Shown here in pieces: positions 24,514 through 39,200 of a DNA stretch of 64,000 nucleotides. Source of the DNA: Eledone cirrhosa. Its lineage: Eukaryota. The position numbers and the translations under genes were made by a program. The notes beneath the pieces were generated by a model, which saw nothing but the letters and a program-made list of their open reading frames with translations, was not told the DNA's origin and did not search any database. Positions within the stretch are counted from its first letter, which is position 1, and each line of letters opens with the position of its first letter. The stretch is from positions 300,948,001 to 301,012,000 of the forward strand of contig OZ024741.1 of NCBI GenBank assembly GCA_964016885.1. Direction: 5' to 3'.

Positions 24514-25387
24514 TCTATATATATAAAACTGTGGTTGTCTGTCTGTCTATCGATTTTTGGCACACATCTCCTCTTAGAATCTCTCACGGAATTGCACCGA
24601 AATTGCTACACTTGTACATTGAGCCCTAGCGAAGACATCGGAAAAAGAATATTTCAAATTGACCCACCCTATGTGACGAAATCGAATATAATGTATCGAT
24701 TTTTGAGCGTAAGTTATCAGTTATTTCCCTTTGTTCTGTTTACATTGAGCGTCTTACGTAAAAAATTACGCTGGCTTTCTCAGCGTTTAAAATGACATTA
24801 ACACAATACACGAACAGTTGTCGAGCCAGCAAAATATTGACCTGCAAAATTCATCAGTTCGAACACTAAGCTTCCGTTTGGCTTCATTTCCATTTAAAAG
24901 CATTTTAAAACAATATTTTTACTTGAAAACAAGTCTATTTAAAGACTACGTAAAACAAGCAAATATTTCGTCGTTAGGCGTGCAGACAGACAGTCGTGCA
25001 GACAGACAGTCGTGCAGAGAGGTGATATAGGCGTGCAGACAGACAGTCGTGCAGAGAGGTGATATAGGCGTGCAGACAGATATAACTGATAATTTGGTTA
25101 CGCTAATGTTTTTCTCTGCGTTGCAGTGTTTACATTTTCGATCTTTGTTAATAAATAACCAGTGCAGTTTCTATCCCCAGCATCCTCTTTTGTTATAACA
25201 TTCGGGTTATCGTTATGTTTTCTTAACTTCATAAGGCATATTGTTGGTTGAGGGAATATTAATCAAAAACACCACAGGCAAGTCTGCACAGTAGACACTA
25301 CAGTTTTTAAGCCAAGAAAGAAACTTAACATTGTAACTTTAACACAGCTACTGAGCGACCCCGAGCAACGCCGGGCTTTACTGCTAG
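24514..25387 (+). mobile_element. Non-autonomous Helitron
   Basis: A|TCTATATATATAAAACT 5' end; 3' hairpin CCCGAGCAACGCCGGG then CTAG|T. Short tandem repeat at 24976-25080. Confidence 0.85.
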
Positions 25388-25548
25388 TTTGATATAAAAT
25401 GATATATGCATACGTCTAAAGATATACGTGGGAAATGTCTTCAATGTATACTGGATGATATGTATTAATAATTGAATATAAATTTACATAACTCATTTAA
25501 TCATATAGCAATTTCAACAGCGAACCTTCATCTTATAATTTATAACAT

Positions 25549-25735
25549 AATTGTTTCTATTTTAGGCACAAGGCCAGCAATTACTCAGTACTTTACTGGT
25601 ACTTTATTTTATCGACCCCGTAAGGATGAAAGGCAAAGTTAACCTCGGCGGGATTTGAACTCAGATCATAAAGGGACGTAACTCTATGCTTCAAAGCATG
25701 GTGTCCGACTCTCTACCGATACTGCCAATCCACCG
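25549..25735 (-). mobile_element. tRNA-derived SINE
   Basis: Full A/B boxes and conserved core on the minus strand. Confidence 0.9.
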
Positions 25736-26005
25736 AACATAATGTTATCAAATATATCACGTATGAATACACATCCGAATATTAAGTTTTAGACTGTCAA
25801 CTGCATTTGACATATTCGCATACATCAATTTATAAACACAGACATTATATAACTACTCGCAGGTCGCATACACAAACACATAAACAAATATATACATGAA
25901 GATATGTGTATGTCTATATGTGCTTGTATACATATGTACTAACAGATATAAGCACACGCGCACGTGCAAATACACACTCACACACACACACACACACACA
26001 CACAT

Positions 26006-26040
<35 letters not shown>

Positions 26041-26257
26041 GGGGGGGGGGTAAATATTCATATTACCAGGTGAAATTGAAGAAGAAATTATCGGGAATTA
26101 TTTTGCGAGGACAAAATTCACCTACAACTAAATTTTCGACGCTTAAGAAGAGTTTTTGAGGAAGATTGTCAGTTAGACCAATCTAATCATAACCAAGCGG
26201 AGAATAGGGGACGCATAGAGAGGAATAGGTGTGGTGTCACCTGGACGAACAATTAAA

Positions 26258-26469
26258 TAATGGTTTCTGATTTAGGCATAATGCCAACAATTTGAGGGGA
26301 GGGAAAGTAGATTAAATCGACCCCACTGTATGACTGGTACTTTATTTTATCGACCCCATAAGGATGAAAGGCAAAGCTAACCTTGGCGGGATTTGAACTC
26401 AGAAAATAAAGGGACGTAAGTAAGCCGCGAAGCATGGTCTCTGACGCTATACCGATTCTGCCAATCCAC
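26258..26469 (-). mobile_element. tRNA-derived SINE
   Basis: Same family, longer-tail variant. Confidence 0.9.
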
Positions 26470-26997
26470 GAACAACTAAATAATAGAGGCACGTCGTAGA
26501 AAAGTAGAAGTAGCAGTGAAAGTAGTGAGTAAATTAAAACTGGAGGAAGGGGTGGATGCCACGTGCGTCACATATAATAATTGCTAAATTGACTAAAAAA
26601 TAAAAAAAGAACTACGGTCCTCGGCTGTCGAAATAGACGTACACAGTTGTCACACTTTAGCACTGCAGGGCCATTCGTGTTCAAAATATCTAACGAGCTG
26701 TTTAAACAATGTGTCATGGATATTTTACTAGACGAAAACGAGGCAGAATGTATGTGATATTTAATTGTGAGGACAAAATACGTATATAATTATATATATA
26801 TATATATAGATGTTATATAGTAAGGTATATTATTGGTTGTGTCATACGGTCCAATAAACTTTTGTTAGCAATATTAAGTTCTCCACGCGTTTGTATATCT
26901 CCAATTCCATTTATGTGATCAACTAGATGATGTAAAACGGTGTATGTGTATCAAAATAAAGATCCAAAGGCATGGTATAAATTTCCAATCATTTTAA

Positions 26998-27071
26998 TCA
27001 CGACACATGTTTCAATAGGGGATAGATCGATCGTGTGGTCATGATCTATTATCACTGATCTCATCAGGTGA
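26998..27071 (-). ncRNA. Type I hammerhead with extended helix II
   Basis: TCAC-CTGATGA-GAT[..ATAGATC..GATCTAT..]ATT-GAAAC-ATGT-GTC-GTGA. Confidence 0.8.
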
Positions 27072-27115
27072 ATAATGAAATGTCTTCAAATCTTTAATAT
27101 GAGGGAGGAAAAAAA

Positions 27116-29290
27116 CTCACTAGAGTTTTGTTCCCCATATAAAGAAGCAGCAGCCAAAACACGCAAATGCTATCGTCTTCAGTCAGGGTCATAAATCTAT
27201 CAAATATCTATCTCTCATTAGCTGTAAAAGACGCTGGACAGGTCTAATCTCAGCATCAAATCTGTAGAATTTCGGTCGGTCACAATTAGTATTAGTGAGT
27301 ACACAGACACTCACACACAGCGACGCGAGGTCTGAGGAAAAAAATATATATATACCAACACAGTATGCACCGAAAGTTAGGTTACAAACAACATATGTTA
27401 TATTGGCCAAGTATCAATTTTCACGATATAAATTAGAAAAAAAAAGTGGGTCAACCACAACCCTAAACACACGCAAGTAAATTCCGTTCAACGTACTGCT
27501 ATACGTGTATCGATTGAATTGTAACATCCGTATCGTCTAAATAGTGTATGTTTTGGTATATACACATCCATATAAAGAGCAAGTAGTCAGCTCGTATCGA
27601 ACTCCATATGTGCCGTTGTCCCGTTGAGAATCTGAGTCCCCGAGTCTGTGCGTGCAAGCACCCGCCATGTAGGCCAACAAGCGACTCCATGTAGGGTTGG
27701 GTATTTGAGTTAAGGTGTCAGTGTGTGCGTTTTCCCGTCATATGGGCCCTCGGGCTTTTAAGATAAGTGTTTGAGTGGTGGAGGTGTGTTACCCAAAACA
27801 AAATAAAATAACAAAACGCCGGGGATGTGTGTAAGCCCATTGATGGCGTGTAAGTAGTATTGTCCATTCAGCAACTGTGAGCACTCCATGTTTAGAGGAT
27901 CACAGACAAAAACCTAGTGTAGTATTCAATCGACAAGATCGTGACTGGTCATAACTGTGGGAACTCCGTGTCTAAAGAAACCGAGTACTGTGTAGAATTA
28001 TGTATAAAGAGCGTAATCTTTCTTAAGTGAGTGTGTAATACATCTATTTACTAACTGAGAGAACTCTATGGTTAGGGTATTCTAAAGTAATGGTGAATGC
28101 GCGTAATCGGTCTTAACTGCGTGTGTAATTGTTCTAACTATTTACTAACTAGGTATTCTAAAGTAATGGTAAATGTGCACTCAGCTGTGAGAACTCTGTG
28201 GAAACATACCGAGTACAGCGTGTAGTTGTGCAAACGATCTTAGCTGTCTACTACCTGAGTATGTGATTGTCTATTTTTTGCTAATTGAGAGAACTCTATG
28301 GCTATGGTAAAAAGGGGGGAGTTAGTGGTAGGTTACTTTCCAAAAATCCTGAGGAAGGTTTTTGAGGTTCTATGTTGGCAGGTGTTGAAAAGGTCCGCTC
28401 TCCTATTGATTAGTAGGGAGCTGCCTCTAATTATATTAAAGGTTTCAGCTATACATAAATTACAAACGCCCGTGCTCCCGATATATGGCTGGGCTGAGCA
28501 AACTATGGACCAGGATAAGGAGTGCTCTATACTCTGTGGTTTAAGCTTCCAGACTAATTCAGAAAACGCCGTGCTGTTTTTTTATCTACTTTATTAAAGG
28601 TATGGCAGTGATTATACCATCTATACTTAAATTCAGTGGCAGTCGCCCCAACATACCTGAACGTTCTATCTAAAGTGGAGACCTTACAGTCGTAGACTAT
28701 GTTCTTGGTGAGGCATTTCCCAGCCAAGGAGAAAGTAGCGGTGTTCCTGCAATTGGATTTTATGCTACCGACCTGGGTAGTTCCTGAGGAACCACGGTAC
28801 CCCTGGTGTTGGGTCTCAGTTCTTGTCTGCTCTATGGGTAAGTTCCCAGGAGTTGGGGTGACCCGACTCACCTCACGCGTATGAGTCCTTTCATACATAG
28901 AATTGCCATTAGGTATGCCATGTCTCATCCCGCGCTGGGCTGTCCTACGTCTACCCCCCGTGCAGTTATTGGAATTACCCTCGATAGCCGGGGTTATATC
29001 CACTATTCGCCTACTACATTTATCCTTATTCCCCCTACCCGACCTCCGTTCTATTTTACGTTCAACGGTTGTTTTATCAGCTCTACAGTTAAGGTTATAA
29101 TTAAATTTGCCGCTGGCTGTACGGTGCTCGGACACAGTGTTTGTACCTAGGTGGTTATTCTCATTGGTACCGTCGTCATTGGGACTAGGAGGCAATACAA
29201 CACGAAGTCTATATTGATCCCCCTTCGCCTCCCGCTTGCTGTCCACTAAAGTGTCACTATTTTGGCCTAAGCTATCATTGTTACTACTAC
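27116..29290 (-). mobile_element. Penelope-like element, left inverted arm (GIY-YIG fragment plus ~1.2-kb 3' UTR)
   Basis: ORF 28554-29246 contains SNCRNTATFSLAGKCLTKNIVYDCKV...RYVGATATEFKYRWYNH. Reverse complement of the right arm. Confidence 0.9.
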
Positions 29291-29518
29291 CTAATGGACG
29301 TTTGAATGAGATTCCCTCGCTATGCCCCGCGCGAAATCGGACATAGGAATCGTGAGTAAAAACATCCTTGATAAAATAATCCCCACTTTAGTTAGGAGAT
29401 CGAAGCTTAAATTATGGTCAGGAACTAGTGAGGTAATTAACTGGTTCGAGAAATCGAGAAATCGTAATATGAGATCCTATCGAACGTATCTTCATTGGAA
29501 GATAGTCCTGAAATTCTA

Positions 29519-30400
29519 CTAGAGACGCCTTTTGTAATACCCTATGCTGGGGTGATTCGATTTTGCGTTGACATAATTTAAATTCTCGGTGGGTTTGGTG
29601 CAGGGTTGGAAGAGTCCTGAATTGAGGTTAAGTGTAACATGTAGAAAATTAACTATCTTCAGGTTTTCGTCAAACACTATACTTAAGTCTATGTTTTTGA
29701 AGAATGTTCTTAGTTTTTTCCTCACTCTCTCTACCATACTATTATTATGATACGACACAGTAAACAGAACGCCGTCACGGTAATCCCCACCTCCCAATTG
29801 GGGCATTTCCACTCCAAGACAGTCGAGGATGTAGAGGCCCAACAGATCCGTCACCTGGGCCGAGTCGGTGGATCCCATGGTTATGTCAAAATTGTCCGGC
29901 CAGTATCTCCTAGTCCACAAGTCTCTGTTGATCTCAATTAAGGTTTTCCTCGCTAGGAGAATAATGTTAATTTCTTCCGATGTAAGGTCGGTGTGTAAGC
30001 TAGCAAAGTTAAGAGCCTTACCTAGAAGAGTTGTAGAGATCGAAGAGTAGTACTTAGAGGTATCAAACTGTATAAACTTAGTGCTATTCTTATTCTGCGA
30101 TTTCTCGAACCAGTTAATTACCTCACTAGTTCCTGACCATAATTTAAGCTTCGATCTCCTAACTAAAGTGGGGATTATTTTATCAAGGATGTTTTTACTC
30201 ACGATTCCTATGTCCGATTTCGAAGGGGCTGTTAGCCTGACAGGTCTTGGCTATTCAAAGTCTAATTTGTTGTCTTTCAATAAAATCCTCGGAATTCTGG
30301 GATGGAAGGGCTCAGTTTTATTTTCAATACCCAGTTTAGTCATGACGCTATTGGCCTCCGTGTTGATTACATCCAGGTTGGCCTGTGTAGTTTTCTTGTA
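29519..30400 (-). pseudogene. Penelope-type reverse transcriptase fragment
   Basis: FIQFDTSKYYSSI, FDITMGSTDSAQVTDLLGLYIL, DYRDG (YRDD-like), VNFLHVTLNL, SNHP. Confidence 0.9.
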
Positions 30401-30402
30401 GT

Positions 30403-32644
30403 TAACGGAGGTCGGGTAGGGGGAATAGGGATAAATGTAGTAGGCGCATAGTGGATATAACCCCGGCTATCGAGGGTAATTCCAATAACTGCACGGAGGG
30501 TACACCGCCCGGAGACTTGGGACGATTCCAAACACCACCTGGACAACCCGAGACATCATCGACCCACAGGAAGTTATCAGTTCAAATAGACCAGTAGCAA
30601 CCAGGAGGCAGGTAACACTTGTATAGATAATAAGAACAAGAGGCATCGGACCAGAAAAATCCTGTGTGGTACAACCCCCCATACTCCACCGTCCTGACCA
30701 CTAGTATAGCCAAGCTTTTATTTAGGGCTTTAGACAATTGCATCCCTAGATCACACAAATACTATAAAATATTCAATAGGAATACCATCAAGCTGTCCTA
30801 CTCCACAACAAGTAGCATAGCTCAGAATATAGCTAAGACGAATGATAGTATACTTAGGCAGCCCAGGGCGGGATGAGACATTTCACAACTAATGGAAATT
30901 CTATGCATGGACGGACTCATACCCGTGAGGTTAGTCGGGCCACCCCAACCCCTGGGTGCTTACCCACTGAACAGACAAGAACTGAGACCCGACATCAGGG
31001 GTACCGTGGTTTCTCAGGATTTACCCAGGTCGGTAGCAGAAAGTCCAATTGCAGAAACACCGCTACTTGCCCCTTGGCTGGTAAATGCCTCACCAAAAAC
31101 ATAGTGTACGACTGTACGGTTTCCACTTTAGATAGAACGTTCAGGTATGTTGGGCCGACTGCCACTGAATTTAAGGATAGATGGTATAATCACCACCATA
31201 CCTTTAATAAAGTAGATAAAAAAGTAGCCCGGCACTTTCTGAATTAGTTTGAAAGCTTAAACAACAGAATATAGAGCACTCCTTATCCTGGTCCATAGTT
31301 TGCTCAGTCCAGCCATATAACGGGAGCACGGGCGTTTGTAATTTATATATAGCTGAAACCTTTAATATAATTAGAGGCAGCCCCCTACTAATCAATAGGA
31401 GAGCGGACTTTTTCAACACCTGCCAGCATAGAACCTCGAAAACCTTCCTCAGGATATTTGGAAAGTAACCTACCACTAACTCCCCCCTTTTTACCTTAGC
31501 CATAGAGTTCTCGCAATTAGCAAAAAATCACAGGTAATAGACAGCTAAGATCGTTTGCACACCTACACACTGTACTCGGTATGTTTCCACAGAGTTCTCA
31601 CAGCTGAGTGCACATTTGCCATTATTTTAGAATACCTAGTTAGTAAATAGTTAGAACAATTACACACGCAGTTAAGACCGATTACGCGCATTCACCATTA
31701 CTTTAGAATACCCTAACCATAGAGTTCTCTCAGTTAGTAAATAGACGTATTACACACTCACTTAAGAACGATTACGCTCTTTATACATAATTCTACACAG
31801 TAGCCGGTTTCTTTAGACACGGAGTTCCCACAGTTATGACCAGTCACCATCTTGTCGATTGAATACTACACTAGGTTTTGGTCTGTGGTCCTCTAACGAT
31901 GGAGTGCTCACAGTTGCTGAATGGACAATACTACTTACACGCCATCAATGGGCTTATACACATCCCCGGGGCTTAGTTATTTTACCTCCACCACTCAAAC
32001 ACTTATCTTAAAAGCCCGAATGCCCATATGACGAGAAAACGCACACACTGACACCTTAACTCAAATACCCAACCCTACATGGAGCCCCTTATTGGCCTAC
32101 ATGGCGGGTGCTTGCACGCACAGACCCGGGGACTCAGATTCTCAACCGGCACATATGGAGTTCGATACGAGCTGACTACTTGCTCTTCACATGGATGTGT
32201 ATATACCAAAACATACACTATTTAGACGATACGGATGTTACAATTCAATCGATACACGTATAGCAGTACGTTGAACGGAATTTACTTGCGTGTGTTTAGG
32301 GTTGTGGTTGACCCAATTCTTTTTCTAATGTATATCGTGAAAAATGATACTTGGCCAATATAACATATGTTGTTTGTAACCTAACTTTCGGTGCATACTG
32401 TGTTGGTGTATATATATTTTTCCTGAGACCTCGCGTCGGTGTGTGTGAGTATGTGTGTACTCACTAACACTAATTGTGACCGACCGAAATTCTACAGATT
32501 TGATGCTGAGATTAGACCTGTCCAGCGTCTTTTACAGCTATTGAGAGATATAGACTTGATAGATTTATGACCCTGACTGAAGACGATAGCATTTGGCGTG
32601 TTTTGGCTGCTGCTTCTTTATATGGGGAACAAAACTCTAGTGAG
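30403..32644 (+). mobile_element. Penelope-like element, right arm (GIY-YIG 30664-31468, frameshifted, plus 3' UTR)
   Basis: WYNPPYS...IFNRNTIKLSYS; NCRNTATCPLAGKCL...YVGPTATEFKDRWYNH; ...CNLY..E...CQHR, stop at 31466-31468. Confidence 0.9.
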
Positions 32645-33010
32645 CGTATACTCAGAGCTTATCACTCCTCTTGCTTGTTGAAAATGTTCAATTTTTGCTG
32701 GACCGGCAACCGCTCTGTATAATTAGTTCCTGATCATTACTGGAATTCTATAGGAATCCAACATTCATAATTTTCAACAAGGAAGGGGAGTGCTAAGCTC
32801 TGAGGAATATCAATACTATGAAACAGAGATCTGTCAGCTTATCTCCCTTTGTTTGTTGAAAAAAGAAGTGACAAGGTCACTACTTTAAAACAATAGCGTA
32901 AGGTCTTCAAAATGCTTTTAATTAAGCATACAGTGTATTACCAAATACACTATATATACGTTAATATATACATCGCTATTTCAGAGCACCAATTCTAATA
33001 TATATATATA

Positions 33011-33089
<79 letters not shown>

Positions 33090-33496
33090 GTTTATTTAGA
33101 CAGATAAGGATATCTTCTTATAGAAGCAAAACACTGAGGGTTCTGAAAGTTACCACAGTATTGCTAAACTTATATAAGGAAGTTTCAATCATTTCCATCA
33201 TTAAATTGAAAGAGCTTCATACAAATAAATGGAAAGTATAGATTAAAACTTGTTTTTCTTTTATACAGAGAGACTTCTATCAAATATGATTTATGAAATT
33301 AAATATGTAATAACTTTGGAAATAAAAGAGGACAATTGAGGAGAATATAAAATGTCTCAAGTATACTTTATTTGTTACGACCTTGTAAGACCGTTTTTGT
33401 GTGTTTTGAATAAATAGAACAGTTTATTAAATAAAATGTTCGATTACTTCAAGAGGTACCATATCATAATTTGTTTACGTTATTAGCATCATTCTC

Positions 33497-33547
<51 letters not shown>

Positions 33548-33548
33548 A

Positions 33549-33764
33549 TGCTTTCTTATATAGGCAGAAGGCCAGCAATTTTGGGAGAGGTGAAAGTCGA
33601 TTAAATAGACCCCAGTGTGTGAGTGGTACTTTATTTTATCGACCCCATAAGGATGAAAAACAAAGATTACCTCGGCGGGCTTTTGAAGTCAGATCTTAAA
33701 GGGCCGTAACTCTATACTGCAAAGCATGGAATTGACTCTCTACCGATACTGCCAATCCACCGCC
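33549..33764 (-). mobile_element. tRNA-derived SINE next to a (TAG)n tract
   Basis: Conserved core and A-box; (TAG)n at 33497-33548. Confidence 0.9.
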
Positions 33765-33766
33765 CC

Positions 33767-33802
<36 letters not shown>

Positions 33803-33803
<1 letters not shown>

Positions 33804-36800
33804 TTTTCTTTATTAACCACAAGGGTTTACATGAAGTAGACATTAAGGACAGTACAGGACAATACAGGACGGTACAAATGGGCATTTCTGCGTGTAAAAA
33901 AAACAGAGGATGTAATAAAATAACAAAGAAAAATTCCCCAATAGGGGGGAGACTTCCGAGGGACATTTGTGGAGAAAGCCCATTAAAAGACCACAGTGAC
34001 CCTGACCACCAGGGCAAGTGCCCTCTCCCAGTTTTCCACCTTTAATTTACAGACACATACTCAGAGTAGGCCCATTCGTTCGGGCCATACTTGCTTCTCT
34101 CACCCATCTTTCAACAAAATGCTGGGAAGAGAGCACTTTCCTCTTTACCCTGATTTTCCTTTTCAAATGAAATTTGAAAAAGTTAATCAGGGCATCACCG
34201 AATAGGTAAATGCTCGTCTTCAGCCCTTCAAACGTGTCCACCATGCTATCTCTTTCGCCATGGCCACCAGAGAGATAAAAACTGCCTGCCCTTCCCGGCT
34301 AAAGGAAGAGGGCGAGGCAATCCTCGCGATGGATCCGTCCTACACGTGACAGCAGGTGTTCGACATAAATCCGCAAGTCAGCAATGCTTGGACACTGGAC
34401 GAGTCCGTGCAGGACGGTTTCGTCGCCCTGCGCGCATCTCGGACATGCCCGGCTGTCTGCACCTCCATGCCTGAAGAGTTTATCCCGAACTGGCAGAGCT
34501 CCTCAGTAGCACTGCCAGGCCAGGGATTTCTGGAAGTTGTCCATAGTCCCCGGCCCGAAAGTTCTTCCGAAGAGATTGGCTAGTTGATTTTCGTCGACGC
34601 CTAGAGTTTCCACAAGTACGTCGTCGCTCTTCCCCTCCACTAATCCCCTATAGAACGCCAAGGTGGAGTTTTTACTGATCACATTGCCCGATTGGTCGAG
34701 GGCTTTGAGCGCCTGAAGACATTCCAGTCTCCAAGCGCTCCCTCTCGGTCTTCGCTTAGGCCGTAGCAGATTACAGACGCGATGTACGCGTTAGCCACCT
34801 CCACTCGACCTTTCAGGGATAGCTTCCTCTCCGCCCATTTCTTTGTGAGAGAAGCCACCCTGCCTCTCCAGGTGCCGAGCTGCAGGCCTACTGACTTTTC
34901 CTGGTTGATCATTGCTCCTGTCACCGCTTCGTATTCTCTTAGTGTAGTGCCGATCGCCTCGATGTGTTTGGCGTTCGACACCAATACGCTGACATCGTCC
35001 GCATATACTGACACGGATCTACCGCATCCTAGTTCGCGCAGGACCCCCCTCAACGTCTCCAGTTTGTTCAGTAATGGCTTGAGAGTCAATACGTACAAGA
35101 GGGACGAGAGGGGACATCCTTGCCGGACCGAGCGCATGATGTTGAACGGTCCCGAAAGGTGACCATTCACTCTCACCACAGAGCAGATGTCGCTGTGCAT
35201 GGCAGCAATCCAGCCTCTGAAGACGGGCCCAAAACCAGCCGCCCTCAGGACTGCCGCTAGGTAACGATGGTCGACCCTATCGAAAGCTTTCGACTGATCT
35301 AAATTGATCAAGGACCCATCCGTGCCAGGTTCCCTAGCTACCCTCTCTACGATGTATCGCATGAGGTGGAGGTTGTCGTGGATGTCTGCGCCTCTCCCAC
35401 CAGACCACCAACGACAAGCGCCAACCTCTTTGCAAGCACCTTGGCCAAAATCTTGAACTCTGTGTTTAGCAGAGTTATGGGCCTAAAATTATCTATGTTA
35501 TCCCCCTTGTTCGGATCCTTTCTCAGCAGCGCCACAGCTCCTCGGCGCACAGAGCTGGGAATTCTCCCGTTCTGTTGCCAGTTGGAGTAGACGTCCGGCA
35601 AGAGGCCTCCGAACAAGTCTGGCATCTGTACGTGAAGCTAGTCATTGCCTCCCGTACTTCAGCGGCTGTTATCGGCTTTTCGCAACACTCCGCCTCAGTG
35701 GCCGAGAGCCGCGGCAGTCCGTCGAGGTAGACACTAAAGTCCATCCCTCGATCCGGCCCGCCGCTGCCCCCGAACAACTGTGCGAAGTGTCGCTGAACAG
35801 CTTCACACATTTCCCCGGGATTGAGTAGCATGCGCCCGTCGTGGTCCACCAAAGACCGGATCGTGTCTTTGTTTCCACGATGCGCCTCCGCCACTCGGGC
35901 CCATTGAACGGCTTTCGTCCCTTCGTGTCTGAGAGCACGCACCCTAGCTCTTACAACGCAGCCTTCGTGCTTTGCATTGAAGAATTCGTCAAGGGCCAAT
36001 TTCGCCGAAAGCACGTCGGTCGCGATGCCTTTGCTAAGTGCCTCGTCTAATTTTCTAACTAATTCTCCCTCTGCTCTATTTTTCTCTATTGCTAAAGCCT
36101 TACTAAACCTAATGGACTCTATTCTAATTTCTCTTTTCAGAGCAAAGCACCACTTGTTGTTGACGATGGCCCCCGTCAACGCCCGCTTAACTAGTTCGCT
36201 AATCCGGTCTCTGTAGGCCTTGCGCGCTGGTAAGGACGCGTTTAGCTTCCAGTAGCCGGGTCCTCGTCTATGAAGCCTATCTAAGTCAAGTACACAGATC
36301 ACGAATTTGTGGTCCGTGTAGCTGACTATCTTGAATTGTGGACAGCCTATGCTAGACCTATCTATTTCTCTACAACATACTCTATCTAGATATGATCTGG
36401 ATGACCCTATGCGATTTGCCCAAGTCCACATTGGCACATTCGGGAAATCCAATCGGTACCTGTCAGACAGTTCAACACGCCTGAGCAGGTTGGTGAGGCT
36501 CTTGCACCCTCCTCCCTATCCGCTAATACCACACAGTCCCAGCGTGCATCTAAGATCCCGTTCCAGTCGCCCACTAACACTAAAGAGCGGGACGCTCCAA
36601 GAAAGGTCTCCAGACGCCGGAAGAAATAAGGCCGCCCTGCTCCTGTCGGGGCATAGACGGCCACTAGCCTGAAAGCTTGCCTGTCTCCGCTGGTCACGTC
36701 TAGCACCACCAACTTACCTTCTGAGTCCAGGAAGATGGCCCGTATTGTGAGATCCAAACCTCTCCGAAAATGGAAAGCATCTCCTCCCCCCCCCCCCGAT

Positions 36801-38990
36801 CCCGGACGGCTGGGAGATGCGTACACATCGTAGCCGCCGAAGATCGGTGCGAAGGTCCGTGCTTCGGAGATTCTGGTCTCGCTGATGGCCACTACGTCTA
36901 TGTTTAGTGACCTGAGGTCGTTGAGCAGGTGGCCCTGCTTCCATGACGACCCGAAGCCACGCGCATTTATGCTGCCTATTCTGAGTGAGGTCATGTTGAA
37001 ATGGAGTGGAAAAGATGGGAAAGACCATTTACCTTACTTCTAGTAGAGGAAGGATGGTTTGTCCATCCTTTTCACTGCTTGTGGCCTCCTTCGGAAGGAT
37101 GTCCTTATAAATCTTCCTGGAGAGTGTTTGTCGGAAATCTCCGATGTATTTGGGGAATTTTTGTTTTAGTGTCGTGTACGTTATCTGTGTGATGCGAGTG
37201 ATTTGTATGTGTGGAGGTGGTGTGAACTTTTGGGTTGTTGTGTAGTATTTTTCTGTGATGCTGGTGTTGTGTTGCATGTAGTGTAATAATTGGTTGTTGT
37301 TCAAATTTAATGGTGTGTAGTGTGTATCGTTTTGGTTGTTTTGTTTTGTATGCGTTTGTTGTGGGTTTGTTTCTGTTAAGCTTTTTGGTGACTTTTGTGG
37401 TGTTGGTGATGGTGGTGTTAGGGTTAATGATGGTGATGGTGTTGGTGTTTGTGGTGATGGGGTTGGTGATGCTGGTGTGGATGGTGGCATATCTGTCTTA
37501 ACTTTCTTGTTCGATAATTTATTTGTTTCCCTCTGTATTTTGTTTTTTGAGGGGAAGGAAGAGAATGTTTTCTTTTTTGATTTCTTTTTTTTTTCTTTTT
37601 TCCTGATACCGTTTCCGATTCCTCGTCGTCACAATCTGTCTCCAGTTGCGATAAGCCGGGGAGTGGAAAATCCTCCACAGGCGTTGGTTTTGGTTGTGGC
37701 GTGGTGGATGGTGTAGGCGCTGGTGCTAGTTCTGGGGCGTTGGGTGGTGGTGGTGTTGGTTTTGCTACTGTTGCTGGGGTTGTTGCTGTTACAATTGCTT
37801 CTGTTGTTGCTGATACAGTTGTTGCTGCTATTTCTGCTGCTGGTGGTGTTGATGGTTGAGTCACTGGGGTGGGTAAGAGAGGTGGCCTCAACCTTTTAGC
37901 GTGAGGGCAGAAAGCCCTTAGGTGGGTTCCTTCACCACTAACGACACACCTAGGTCTCCTGCCCTCGACGATTACGGTGAGGTGACTGACGTCAATGAGG
38001 TCTATTACCTCTGGGATCTCCTCTTAGCTTTCATGGTCCGCTTGGATCAGGAGCGCCATCCCACATCCGGACCAGTTCTTCTGCTTTTCTTTTGCTATTT
38101 CTATTATTTTGGTGTTGGCCTCGATGCCGGCGAGAACAGCAGCCATTAGCCAGGGAATTTCGATGGCCGGTGGAACGTGGGTCACCTTTATCTTCACAAG
38201 TCTCTGGCCACAATAGCTTGGGATGTGTGTGAAGTCGTGACTTCTTAATGGGGCCATGGAGTGTTCTCTGGCCTCCTGTGGTGTTTCAAAGAACACGACC
38301 ACGGTTCCATACTTCTGCCCACGTCTGATGTGGGGGTTTTTTCCCACACATATCCGAAAGCCTTTTGGATTTGGGACTCAGATGCCCATTCCACTCGGCG
38401 CGATTTTATGTTTATTGTCCGATAAGACACGGTGCATATGCGACGTTGCTCCATTTTATTAGGTGGGGGGGGGGAGGCTGACTCTGTACCCATCTTTCTT
38501 TACCATTCATTTGGCTTCGTCTAATTCTTCCTGAGTTACCTGGATCGCTTCGCACGTTTTTGCTACTCTGGCAAAATTCAGGGTTGTTTTCTTAATTTCA
38601 TTGTTGCTGTTGATATTATCGTTATTTTTGCTATTGTTAATTTTAGTTTCAGTTGTGGTGGTGGTGGCGTCAGTGGTGTTCGGTGTGGAAGAGTTCATTT
38701 TGGTTGAATTCTTTTCGATATCATGAGTTAATTTATTTTTTTCTTTTGTTTCTGTTGTCGCTGTTGTCATTGGTAATGGCGGGAAATGAACGTCTGACTG
38801 AGACAAATTTAAAATATTGCTACTGCTTACAATTCCAGTGTTGGCAAACGTAGCAATGTTTACAATGGTGGTGTCGGTGTGAGGTGTTGGATTGTGAGGA
38901 ATGAGTGAATCTGAATCATCCATTATTTTTCAAAGAATACATTTTTTGTTTGATAATTATAAAAAGTTTAAATTTTGGGCTCAAGGCCCC
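33803..38990 (-). mobile_element. Tx1/L1-clade LINE, near full length, decayed
   Basis: ORF1 remnants from 38923. ORF2 from 36994 with APE motifs (IGSINARG, VVAISET, VAVYAP, GDWN, SYLDRV, TDH) and RT motifs (FRPITLLN, DQSKAFDRVDH, RQGCPLS, YADDV). (ATT)n tail. Confidence 0.92.
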
Positions 38991-39141
38991 AATATTTTTG
39001 AGTGTCCTTTTCAGAAATCAATGTATGTTCACTTATATATAGTTAAGAATAATAATTTTCCATAAATGGCAATTTTAAATAATTGAAAATAACAAACCTT
39101 TTGCGGAGCTCACGATGATACGATTTACTACGTAGGTCGCC

Positions 39142-39200
<59 letters not shown>

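Noticed and set aside
32570-32610. CTGAAGA at the Penelope 3' terminus (mirror at ~27160-27190)
   Set aside because: The second half of the hammerhead is absent in both arms.
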